Shown here piece after piece: positions 27,061 to 35,926 of a stretch of 64,000 bases of DNA. How positions within the stretch are numbered: position 1 is the stretch's first letter; each line of letters opens with the position of its first letter. Origin of the DNA: Trueperaceae bacterium (lineage in GTDB: Bacteria > Deinococcota > Deinococci > Deinococcales > Trueperaceae); contig OZ243927.1 in assembly GCA_965213925.1 (NCBI GenBank), positions 4,288,001 through 4,352,000 on the forward strand. The letters run 5' to 3'. The position numbers and the translations under genes were made by a program. The notes under the pieces are model-generated. The model was not told the origin of the DNA. It worked only from the letters and a program-made list of their open reading frames with translations, and did not search any database.

Positions 27061-28044
27061 ATGGCGCTACCCAAACCCAGCAAAACGACCATTGCCGACG
27101 TCGCTAGAGCGGCGGGCGTCTCGACGGGCACGGTGAGCCGCGTACTAAATGAGCGTCCTGGTGTAAAAGCGCAGACCAAAGCACAAGTGCTAGCCACCAT
27201 CGAGGAGCTTGGCTACAAGCCAGACGCCGCCGCCCGCGAACTCTCCGCCAATCAGGGAAAGCGCATCGGGCTACACGTGGCGACGGGCGAGCGGCGCATG
27301 GTCTTAATCCCTTACTTCATGCTCTTTTTAGAGCATCTTGTCGAGGAGCTGCAGAACGACGGCTTTCGGCTGCGTGAGATTCCCTCGAGGGCGGACGGGC
27401 TACCCGAATATCTCACCGACGGCGTGGTGCTTTTGGGCGCGTACGAGGATGACCCGCGTGTGGCGTATCTGCAACGAGAAGGCGTCCCTTTCGTCCTCAT
27501 TGGTCACAGCGACGAAGTGCGCTCGGTTGCACCGGACGATGTAGACGGCGGCAGACAAGCGGCGGCGCATCTGCTCAAGTTAGGACATAGAGACATCGTT
27601 CACGTAAGTGGATTTACGAATAGTCAAGCCTCCTTTGACCGTTATGAGGGGTTCAAAGAGGTGCTGGGGGAGGCGGGGCTCGAGTTCTCCAAAGACTACC
27701 TCTTGGACGGCGAATTCACCTCTTTAGGCGCGTACCGGGCGCTTCGCAAGGCGCATGAAAAAGGTCTGCGCTTTAGCGCGGTGTTCGCCGCGTCGGACGA
27801 GATGGCGTTAGGGGTCATTGCGGCGTTAGAGGACGTGGGTTTGCGCGTTCCCGCGGACGTGTCCGTCGTCGGCTACGACGACTTACCCGGTGTGGCGGAC
27901 AAGCTCACGACGGTGCGTCAAGACATCGCTCAGATTGCCGCTGTTGCCGTGACGCTTTTGCAAGAAGGTTTGCGGGGCGAAAACGTGCGCAGCCAAGTCA
28001 TGCCCGTGCAGCTCGTGGTGCGCAATACGAGCTGGAGGAGGTGA
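27061..28044 (+). CDS. LacI-family transcriptional regulator
   Basis: TTIADVARAAGVSTGTVSRVLN HTH; DVSVVGYDD. Confidence 0.95.
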   Translation: MALPKPSKTTIADVARAAGVSTGTVSRVLNERPGVKAQTKAQVLATIEELGYKPDAAARELSANQGKRIGLHVATGERRMVLIPYFMLFLEHLVEELQNDGFRLREIPSRADGLPEYLTDGVVLLGAYEDDPRVAYLQREGVPFVLIGHSDEVRSVAPDDVDGGRQAAAHLLKLGHRDIVHVSGFTNSQASFDRYEGFKEVLGEAGLEFSKDYLLDGEFTSLGAYRALRKAHEKGLRFSAVFAASDEMALGVIAALEDVGLRVPADVSVVGYDDLPGVADKLTTVRQDIAQIAAVAVTLLQEGLRGENVRSQVMPVQLVVRNTSWRR

Positions 28045-28112
28045 GTTTGATCCAACTGTAATGTCCACCCGTCCGCCCGAACTTCGCACTCTACCCACTC
28101 TGGAGGAACACC

Positions 28113-29336
28113 GTGAAACTTGCTGTAACGCTACTTTTGGGACTTTTAGCTTCAACTGCCTTGTGTCAAACGACCGTCCGCATCACCGGCTACGGCGGGC
28201 AAGACCCGGCCATCGTCAACCGCCTTATCAACGAGGTGATCGGTGAAGATTTACAGGCTGAGGGCATCACCCTTCAGTACGAGCCCGTCGAGGGTGACTA
28301 CAATGCGGGGCTCTTCAACGCCCTCTCCGCGGGCACGGCGGGCGACATCTTCTACATCCCCGCTGAGACCGCGCCCGGCATTCTGGCGACGGGTACGGTT
28401 CTTCCCCTCAACGACGTGGTGGATACAGAGCCGTTCATAGACACGCTCATGGAGCCCTTCACTCTGGACGGTCAGGTCTACGGCATCCCCAAAGATTTCA
28501 ACACCTTGGCGGTTTTTTACAACGAAGACCTCTTTGACGAGGCGGGCGTTGACTATCCGAATGAAAACGACACTTGGGAGTCTTTCGCTGAGAAGCTGCG
28601 CGGCGTCAGCGAACTCGGCAACGACGTCGAGGGCGCGTGCGTCGTCGCCGACCTCGCCCGCATGGGACCCTTCGCTTTCGCCGAAGGCTGGCAGACGTTC
28701 TCGGAGGACGGCTCCACGAACCTGCAAAATGAAGCTTTTGTAGACGCCTTTGACTACTACACCGGGCTGGTGCAAGAGGGCGCGGCCGTGCTCTCTACCG
28801 ACTTAGGTCAAGACTGGGCGGGGGGCTGCTTCGGCACCGGCAACACCGGGGTGGCGATCGAAGGGGCCTGGATTTTGGGCTACCTGCGCGATACGGCTCC
28901 GAACTTGCAGTACGGCACCACCTTTTTGCCCGTCGCGCCCTCGGGCGAAACCGGCAACTACACCTACACGGTGGCGTACGGCGTCAACGCCAACTCGTCC
29001 AATCAGGAGGCGGCCTTGACCGTGTTAGAGGCGCTAACGAGTGAAAAGGCGCAGCAGTGGGTTTTGGAGAACGGCCTCGCCATCCCCAGCCGCGAAAGCT
29101 TGGAGGACAACCCCTACTTCCAAGAGGACACGCCCGAAGCCCGAGCTAACCGCATCATCTACGAGGGCGCGACGCGCGGCAACGTCCAGAGCTATCAGTT
29201 TGGCTCGGTCGGCACCGACTTCGTGACGCCCGTCAACACCGCCATTAACGCCGTCGCCACGGGTCAAGCTCAGGTTACGCCCGCCTTGGAGCAAGCGCAG
29301 AGCGAGGTTGACGCGCTAGTCCAGCGGGCGCAGTAG
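28113..29336 (+). CDS. Sugar ABC transporter substrate-binding protein
   Basis: Signal peptide; YGIPKDFNTLAVFYNEDLFDEAG. Confidence 0.92.
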   Translation: MKLAVTLLLGLLASTALCQTTVRITGYGGQDPAIVNRLINEVIGEDLQAEGITLQYEPVEGDYNAGLFNALSAGTAGDIFYIPAETAPGILATGTVLPLNDVVDTEPFIDTLMEPFTLDGQVYGIPKDFNTLAVFYNEDLFDEAGVDYPNENDTWESFAEKLRGVSELGNDVEGACVVADLARMGPFAFAEGWQTFSEDGSTNLQNEAFVDAFDYYTGLVQEGAAVLSTDLGQDWAGGCFGTGNTGVAIEGAWILGYLRDTAPNLQYGTTFLPVAPSGETGNYTYTVAYGVNANSSNQEAALTVLEALTSEKAQQWVLENGLAIPSRESLEDNPYFQEDTPEARANRIIYEGATRGNVQSYQFGSVGTDFVTPVNTAINAVATGQAQVTPALEQAQSEVDALVQRAQ

Positions 29337-29382
29337 ACATTGATTCACTCGCTGTCGGACAGCTGAATGAAAGCAGGTTGAA

Positions 29383-29616
29383 TACACCGTCAACTAAAGA
29401 ATGAGTGATGTCATTCTGAGCGTAGCGACAGCCCTACGGCAAACCATAGGATAGACTCCACCCTTTACAGGATTGGCTTCGCCTGATGAAAGAATCTCTG
29501 ACCGCCTTCTCCTCTGGCAGAGAGTGAAGGGCGAGACCCCTCGACTGCGCGGAGTCTATCCTGTAAAGGGCTCCGCTCGGGGTGACACAGTGTTGTAAAA
29601 CTCAATTAACAGTGTA
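29383..29616 (-). mobile_element. MITE family A copy 2 (expanded, with nested mini-inserts)
   Basis: TACACCGTCAACTAA...GTCATTCTGAGCG...GAATCTCTGACC...CGCTCGGGGTGAC...TTAACAGTGTA. Confidence 0.75.
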
Positions 29617-29624
29617 TTAAACAA

Positions 29625-29696
29625 GCCGTTAGGTATTAGCGATTAGCTCTTAGCAAAGGCTTCTAGCTAATACCTAAGGGCCAACCGCTAACAGCC
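29625..29696. repeat. TTAGC/GCTAA heptamer hairpin
   Basis: GTTAGGTATTAGCGATTAGCTCTTAGC...GCTAATACCTAAG...GCTAACAGC; similar arrays at about 24762-24813 and 35124-35170. Confidence 0.6.
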
Positions 29697-29774
29697 TTTT
29701 GTGCGGCTTTCGTACGGCGTGACTTCGCCCATCAATGACAAGTTCGAATCCCCTAGCTTTGGAGGTGAGACCCC

Positions 29775-30869
29775 ATGAATCAGCGGTTCCGGGACGCGCT
29801 AGCAGGCTACCTTTTCCTCGCGCCCTTTCTGCTCACGTTAGGCGTCTTTTTCATCTACGCCTTCGTGCGCGCAGTTGTCTTTAGCTTTACCAACTACAAC
29901 CTCTTCAACATCAACAATCTGGAATTTATCGGCCTGCAAAACTACATCAATCTGTTTCAGAGTGACAACTTCTTGCGCGCGCTTTTCAACACGGTCGTGT
30001 TTGCAACCGTCGTGACGGCCTTGCAAACTATCGGCGCACTGCTGATGGCGGCCGTTCTCAACCAAAAGGTGCGCGGCTTAGGTTTTTTCCGCGCCGCGTT
30101 CTACATGCCGAGCGTGACCAGTAGCGTCGTCATCACGCTCATCTTTTTATGGCTCTTTCAGCGCACCGGCCTCATCAACTATCTCGTCACGCAGTTTCTC
30201 ACCTATCTACCGCTTATCGCCGTGTTCTTGACCGTTCTGGTCGTAGCCCAACTCGCGCAGGTGTGGTTTGAACGTGCCCGCAACCTGCCCGCCGGCTGGC
30301 TCGACCCCGCCCTCTTGGTCATCTCGATGTTAGTGGCGCTAGCCGGGACCTTTCTGCTCAATATAAGCGGCGTGATCGCGCCGAGAGAAGTTGCGCCCAT
30401 CGGCTTTATCTGGCTCAACACCCAACAGAGCGTCGGCTTGATCGGGCTGCCGCTCATCGTCATTATGTTTCAGAACATCTTCACGACCATGCCCACCTTC
30501 ATGCTGATGTTTTTAGCCGCGCTGCAAGACGTGCCCAAGTCCTACTACGAGGCGGCGTCCCTCGACGGCGCAACCGCTTGGCAGCAGTTTCGCCACATCA
30601 CGGTGCCCTCCGTGCAGCCCGTGACCTTTCTGGTGGTGACGCTCGGGCTCATCGGCACCTTGCAGATGTTCGACCAGGTCGCTATTTTCGGCGACGCAGC
30701 GCCATTGGAGTCGATCATCACCTTGGCGTACTTCGTCTATAACCGGATGTTCCCCGGCGGGCAACTGCCCGAGGTCGGCTTCGCGTCGGCGGCGGCGATG
30801 TTCTTGGCGGTCTTGACGCTTATCGTGGTACTCATTCAGCGCGTCTTCATCCCCTCGGAGCGGCGCTGA
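29775..30869 (+). CDS. Sugar ABC transporter permease (MalF-like)
   Basis: YYEAASLDGA EAA loop; LQMFDQV. Confidence 0.92.
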   Translation: MNQRFRDALAGYLFLAPFLLTLGVFFIYAFVRAVVFSFTNYNLFNINNLEFIGLQNYINLFQSDNFLRALFNTVVFATVVTALQTIGALLMAAVLNQKVRGLGFFRAAFYMPSVTSSVVITLIFLWLFQRTGLINYLVTQFLTYLPLIAVFLTVLVVAQLAQVWFERARNLPAGWLDPALLVISMLVALAGTFLLNISGVIAPREVAPIGFIWLNTQQSVGLIGLPLIVIMFQNIFTTMPTFMLMFLAALQDVPKSYYEAASLDGATAWQQFRHITVPSVQPVTFLVVTLGLIGTLQMFDQVAIFGDAAPLESIITLAYFVYNRMFPGGQLPEVGFASAAAMFLAVLTLIVVLIQRVFIPSERR

Positions 30870-32311
30870 TGGCGGTTCGTAATGCACCACGGGGCGCAGG
30901 TTCCTTTGCCACTCGCGCCGACTTCGAACGCTGGCACGCCCGCCGCCGCTGGGCGCGGGCCGGGCTGGTCTACCTGGCGATGCTCTTTTTCGCGGTGGTG
31001 CTTTTAGGTCCTATTCTCTTCGCGGCGTTCTCGAGCCTCAAAACCAACCCCTTGGACTATCCTCCCACGCTGAACATCCCGCAGCTCTCCCCGGCTAACT
31101 GGTCGGCGGCGGGGCGTTTGGGCGCGGCGGGCGAGGGCGGACGCTGGTTCGGCGGCTTCGCGCCCGGCGCGGAGGTGCCCTTTAGCGTCACCTACTTCGT
31201 CCCCGAGGGTCAGGAGCCCGAAACGCCCGAAGTGGTCGTGTCGCGCCGCCGCAGCGGTGGCTTGCAAGCCGCGCAGCAGATCGAGTTCGCCGCCGACTAC
31301 GCCGAGCTGAGTGACGTTAGGGAAACCTCCAGAGAGCCCGGCAGCGGCGAGATACGCGGTGAGAGCGTCCAGGGGCAGATCGTGTCTTACGAATTCACGG
31401 TGACGTACCCAGGTGACGGCCCCGAGGTGGAGACCTTGCCGGTGGACATCACCGCGCCCGCCAATCAGCGCTACATTGACGCGACGCTGGCACCCTCGAG
31501 GCTCGAGCGCCGGGGCCGCGTCGTCTCCTACGACACCATCACCCCCGGCGCGATAGGCTACGTCTTCCGCAACTACGTGCGCGTTTTCAACGAGGTCAAG
31601 AGCGTGACCACCGGACAGAGCCTCTTCTGGGCCTGGACGCTCAACTCATTTTTCGTCGCCATCATGCGGGTGCTCTCGACGCTGCTGTTCGCGTCGATGG
31701 CGGGCTACGCACTGGCGCGGCTCGCGTTTCCGGGGAAAACTTTCATCTTCTTCGCGCTCCTTTTCAGCATGATGATCCCCGGTCAGGTCACCTTCATCTC
31801 GAACTACCTGGTCTTACGCGACGGCATCTTCGGGTTGACGCAGCTTTTCGGCGTGCAGACGCTCCTCAACTCCATCTGGGGGGTGATCATCGGCGGGGCG
31901 AGCGGCTCGGCTTTAGTCGCTGCCGCGATGGTCTTTCTGATGAAGCAGTTTTTCGAGTCCATCCCTAAAGAGGTCGAAGAGGCTGCCATGATCGACGGCG
32001 CGAACCACTGGCAGCGCTACTGGCGCGTCGTGTTGCCGATGGCGCGGCCCGCGTTGGGCGCGGTGGCGATTCTCAGCTTTCAAGGGGCCTGGAACGAGTT
32101 CTTCTGGCCCTTCATCGTGCTGACCACGCCCGAAGACATCAAAACGTTGCCTATCGGCTTGCTCACGTTCCGGGAGGTTTACGGCGCGACGGGCGATTGG
32201 GGGCTCATCCTGGCGGGTGCAATTCTGAGCGCACTCCCTATCATTATCCTCTTCGTAGTGTTTCAGCGGTACTTTTTGGAAGGCGTATCGTATGGAGGGT
32301 CGAAGGAGTAA
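30869..32311 (+). CDS. Sugar ABC transporter permease (MalG-like) with extra periplasmic domain
   Basis: EEAAMIDGA, WNEFFWP; about 160-aa hydrophilic insert after TM1. Confidence 0.92.
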   Translation: MAVRNAPRGAGSFATRADFERWHARRRWARAGLVYLAMLFFAVVLLGPILFAAFSSLKTNPLDYPPTLNIPQLSPANWSAAGRLGAAGEGGRWFGGFAPGAEVPFSVTYFVPEGQEPETPEVVVSRRRSGGLQAAQQIEFAADYAELSDVRETSREPGSGEIRGESVQGQIVSYEFTVTYPGDGPEVETLPVDITAPANQRYIDATLAPSRLERRGRVVSYDTITPGAIGYVFRNYVRVFNEVKSVTTGQSLFWAWTLNSFFVAIMRVLSTLLFASMAGYALARLAFPGKTFIFFALLFSMMIPGQVTFISNYLVLRDGIFGLTQLFGVQTLLNSIWGVIIGGASGSALVAAAMVFLMKQFFESIPKEVEEAAMIDGANHWQRYWRVVLPMARPALGAVAILSFQGAWNEFFWPFIVLTTPEDIKTLPIGLLTFREVYGATGDWGLILAGAILSALPIIILFVVFQRYFLEGVSYGGSKE

Positions 32312-32472
32312 GGAGCTAGTCAGCATGTCAGCGGGTCAGGAAAACCTAAAAACCTGAAACGCTGACATAGGTTAGAGCGAAGCTCAAAGCACTATGTGCT
32401 TCACCTATGCTGAGACGCTTACTAAACCGGCAATACCAAACCCACTCATGTCATACCCAGTGAGGCACACCC

Positions 32473-34332
32473 ATGCACATCGAACGCGACACAAACGGCA
32501 ACTTGGTCTTAAAAGAGAACTACACTTTTTTTGTGGGGCGGCAAGACGGGCAGGTTTTAGAGAGTGAACACGGGCTCTACAGCCGCGACACACGCTTTTT
32601 AAGCCGCTACGCTTGGCGTTTTAACGACTCGTTTCAGACGCTTCTCACGCATAGCGCTAGACCTGATCAGTTCAGCGCTCACTACGCGAAGATCGAGGGT
32701 CCGTCGCAAATGGTGGGCGTGCAGCGCAGGCTGAACGTATCGGCGCAGGCGCTAACGGATGTGCTCGAGTTCCAAAACACCAGCCCCGAGCCGCAAACCG
32801 TCGAGGTCACTTTGGACCTCGCTGCCGACTTCGCAGACCTCTTCGAAGCGCGGGCGTGGCGCGTCGCTGAGCGTGATGGCGTCGTTCGCGAGGCAGAGGA
32901 ACAGGGCGTGAGGTTTCGCTATAGAGCGAAAGACGGGCTCGAATTCGCCACCGCCATCACCTTCTCACTTGCACCGACTGAAACGAACGAGGAGAATACA
33001 GGGTTTAGGCTCGAGCTTGCGCCTGGAGAGAAATCAGGGCTGCGCGTCCAAATCTCTTTAGACAACCCTTTAGAGAGGAGCGAGCCGCGCGACCTCTCGT
33101 ACGAATCGTGGCGCAAAGGCTTCTCCTTAGGGGCAAAAAGCGAACGCCACCAAGAGGTCTTGGACCAGGCAATTGACGACCTCCGCGCCCTGCTGCTCTT
33201 TACCGAATGCGGACTCTATCCCTCGGCGGGCATCCCCTGGTACGTCGCGGCGTTCGGACGTGACGCGCTCCTGACTGCGTTCATGATGCTCCCTCATCAA
33301 CCGGAAGTGGCAGGTGGCACGCTGCGCTACCTCGCCCGCTATCAGGGCAAAACTTATGACGACTTTCGCGCCGAAGCCCCCGGCAAGATCATGCACGAAC
33401 TCCGTTTCGGCGAACTGACGCGCACGGATCAAACCCCGCACGGCCCCTACTACGGCACGGTGGACGCTCCCGCGCTGTTCGTAATGCTGCTCCATGAAAC
33501 GTGGCAGCAAACGGGCGACTTTAGTTTGGTTGAAGAGCTGAGAGCAAACTGGGAAGCGGCTTTGAAGTGGCTGCAAGAGGATGGCGACGTGGACGGTGAC
33601 GGCTTCGTGGAGTTTCAGGGCGTGGAGGATTTTGAAGGCGCGAAAGGTCTCTCGGTTCAGTCCTGGAAGGATTCGCACGATTCGATGAGCCATGCGGACG
33701 GGGCGCTGGCAAGAGGTGCGCTGGCGGTGAGCGAGGTGCAGGGCTACACCTACGCGGCGTACCGCGCCGCTGCTGCGTTCTACAGTGAGTTGGGGGATGA
33801 GGGGGGCAGGGGCCGCTACGCAGAAAAAGCTGACACCCTCAAAGCTAAGTTTAGCGAGACATTCTGGTTAGACGACATGCAAACCTATGCGATGGCGTTA
33901 GATGGCGAGAAGAAACCTCTCAAAGTCCACAATTCCGATGCAGGACAGCTCCTCTGGACGGGTATTGTGCCTGAAGAGGTCGCACCTGCGTTAGTCGAGA
34001 CCCTCTTCTCGGATACGAACTGGTCGGGCTGGGGCGTCCGTACGCTCGGCAAGGATGAGGTGCGTTACAACCCCGTCTCGTATCACAACGGCTCGGTCTG
34101 GCCGCACGACACGGCGCTGATTGCAGGCGGGCTAGCGCGTTACGGCTTTACGGAAGAGGTCGCCAAGATTCGCGAGGCGACGTTCGACTTGGCAGCGAGC
34201 CAAGCGGACAAGCGGCTGCCCGAACTCGTGGCGGGCTACTCGAGGACAGACGCGCCGCCTGTGCCTTATCCAGTGGCGTGTCGTCCGCAGGCGTGGGACG
34301 CGGCGGCGCTTTTGTACCTCTTAAAGCTGTAA
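32473..34332 (+). CDS. Amylo-alpha-1,6-glucosidase-like glycoside hydrolase (GDE_N_bis + (alpha/alpha)6)
   Basis: GLYSRDTRFLS, AGIPWYVAAFGRD, GKIMHELR, WKDS, YHNGSVWPHD, ACRPQAW. Confidence 0.88.
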   Translation: MHIERDTNGNLVLKENYTFFVGRQDGQVLESEHGLYSRDTRFLSRYAWRFNDSFQTLLTHSARPDQFSAHYAKIEGPSQMVGVQRRLNVSAQALTDVLEFQNTSPEPQTVEVTLDLAADFADLFEARAWRVAERDGVVREAEEQGVRFRYRAKDGLEFATAITFSLAPTETNEENTGFRLELAPGEKSGLRVQISLDNPLERSEPRDLSYESWRKGFSLGAKSERHQEVLDQAIDDLRALLLFTECGLYPSAGIPWYVAAFGRDALLTAFMMLPHQPEVAGGTLRYLARYQGKTYDDFRAEAPGKIMHELRFGELTRTDQTPHGPYYGTVDAPALFVMLLHETWQQTGDFSLVEELRANWEAALKWLQEDGDVDGDGFVEFQGVEDFEGAKGLSVQSWKDSHDSMSHADGALARGALAVSEVQGYTYAAYRAAAAFYSELGDEGGRGRYAEKADTLKAKFSETFWLDDMQTYAMALDGEKKPLKVHNSDAGQLLWTGIVPEEVAPALVETLFSDTNWSGWGVRTLGKDEVRYNPVSYHNGSVWPHDTALIAGGLARYGFTEEVAKIREATFDLAASQADKRLPELVAGYSRTDAPPVPYPVACRPQAWDAAALLYLLKL

Positions 34333-34380
34333 CTCACATGTGGGGTGGGGCTCGAGGCTGACGCTTGCAGCTCTCCGCAA

Positions 34381-35082
34381 TCAGCGAGACAGTGCCCCTA
34401 ACATCCCCCGCACCACCCGCTTCGCCCGCTTCGCCGCAAGAGGCGTAAACTCCCGGAAATTCACCTCAGCCTGATGGTCCGCAGTATCGCTGATACTGCG
34501 GATAATTACGAAAGGAACGTTTGCTTTTGCGCAAATTTGCGCCACTGCCGCCCCTTCCATCTCGGCGCACGCTGCCCCAAAAGTCTCACGTAACTGTGCA
34601 ACTTTATCCGCGTCAGCGATGAACTGATCACCCGAGGCGACGCGCCCGGAGAGGACTTTAACCTCTTCTAAGCCTTGCGCCGCCTCTACCGCCAAGTCGC
34701 GCAACCGCTCATCCGCTTCCCATGCGAGCGGCTCCCCTGGCACTTGCCCTAACTCGTAGCCGAGCGCGGTCACATCCGAGTCGTGCTGCAGCGCATCGGT
34801 GCTAACAACGATGTCGCCGACCTTCAAAGTTGGGTCAACCGCACCCGCGACACCTGTGAAGATGATTCGCTCAACCTCTTGCATGACAAGAAGCTGTGTC
34901 AGCGCCGCCGCGTTGACCTTGCCGACGCCACACTCCGCGAGGAGGACCTCTTGTCCGTCTAAAGTTCCCCGGTAGAGCGTAAACGCACCTCTTTGCTCCT
35001 TCTGCGCACTTTCCAGCACGCCCAGAAGTTCTTCCAACTCTTCAGGCATCGCGCCGATGATTCCGGTGAGATTATCAGGCAA
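34381..35082 (-). CDS. mtnN: 5'-methylthioadenosine/SAH nucleosidase
   Basis: GIIGAMPEE, GVGKVNAA, EMEGAAVAQ, IRSISD. Confidence 0.93.
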   Translation of the reverse strand: MPDNLTGIIGAMPEELEELLGVLESAQKEQRGAFTLYRGTLDGQEVLLAECGVGKVNAAALTQLLVMQEVERIIFTGVAGAVDPTLKVGDIVVSTDALQHDSDVTALGYELGQVPGEPLAWEADERLRDLAVEAAQGLEEVKVLSGRVASGDQFIADADKVAQLRETFGAACAEMEGAAVAQICAKANVPFVIIRSISDTADHQAEVNFREFTPLAAKRAKRVVRGMLGALSR

Positions 35083-35185
35083 CGTCGTCTCCTCTTAGCT
35101 TGAATTCGGCAGGCGAACGTGAAGCTATTAGCCATTAGCGTTTAGCACAAGCTTTCAAGCTAAGGGCTAACTTTAGCGTAAGTCC

Positions 35186-35749
35186 TCAACTAACCTCTTC
35201 AAACCTCTTCCTTAGTCCCTCCCACACCTTCTTATCACCCACAAAAAGCGTCAGATTCGCGTCCTTAAAGCGGAAGCGCACGCCGTAGAGCGTCTCGCGG
35301 CTGCGCGTCTCTTCGCTCCAGAAACGAGTGAGTAAGAGGTCTGACCAAGCGTAGACGTGCTCCGTGCGGTCGGGCCAGAAGCCGGACAGCTCGAGCCCCT
35401 CCCCAGAGAGAATCACGCGCGTGCCGCCTACCGCTAGCGAGAGTGAAAAGGCGCACAAGATAAGCGGCAAGAGCCAGAAGAAGGTCTCGGGGAGCGTGGG
35501 CAATCTGCCGAACGAGAGGTTGGGCGAGGGCGTGAACCACCCTAGCGTCAGCGCGGCGGAGTAGAGGAAGAGCAAGCAGCCCGCCGCGCCGAAAAGCCAC
35601 ACTGCTCTCGTCATACGACTCGGCGCGGAGAGGATGATATCGGGATGGGATTGACCCGAGTCACCTGTGCGCAGTTTGACGCTCAAGGTGCCGAGGTCGT
35701 GCTCTTCGAAGGTATCTAGTCCTGCTTGGGTGCTGTTGACGCGGTCCAC
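35186..35749 (-). CDS. Hypothetical membrane protein
   Basis: 187-aa ORF filling the gap; two TM segments and a beta-rich C-terminus. Confidence 0.6.
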   Translation of the reverse strand: MDRVNSTQAGLDTFEEHDLGTLSVKLRTGDSGQSHPDIILSAPSRMTRAVWLFGAAGCLLFLYSAALTLGWFTPSPNLSFGRLPTLPETFFWLLPLILCAFSLSLAVGGTRVILSGEGLELSGFWPDRTEHVYAWSDLLLTRFWSEETRSRETLYGVRFRFKDANLTLFVGDKKVWEGLRKRFEEVS

Positions 35750-35926
35750 CCTTCACCTTACCTTATAGAACGGTATTTTAAGCGTGGGCTGAGCCTGTTT
35801 ACACAGACAAAGCGCCGCGCCTCCGCTACACTTGGGGGCGATGTTGTCTTCTCTTGTTATCTTTACCTCTTTTACTCCTCATTCTACGCACGTCCCCACG
35901 CTACGGGGTACACTCGGAGCAGCGCT

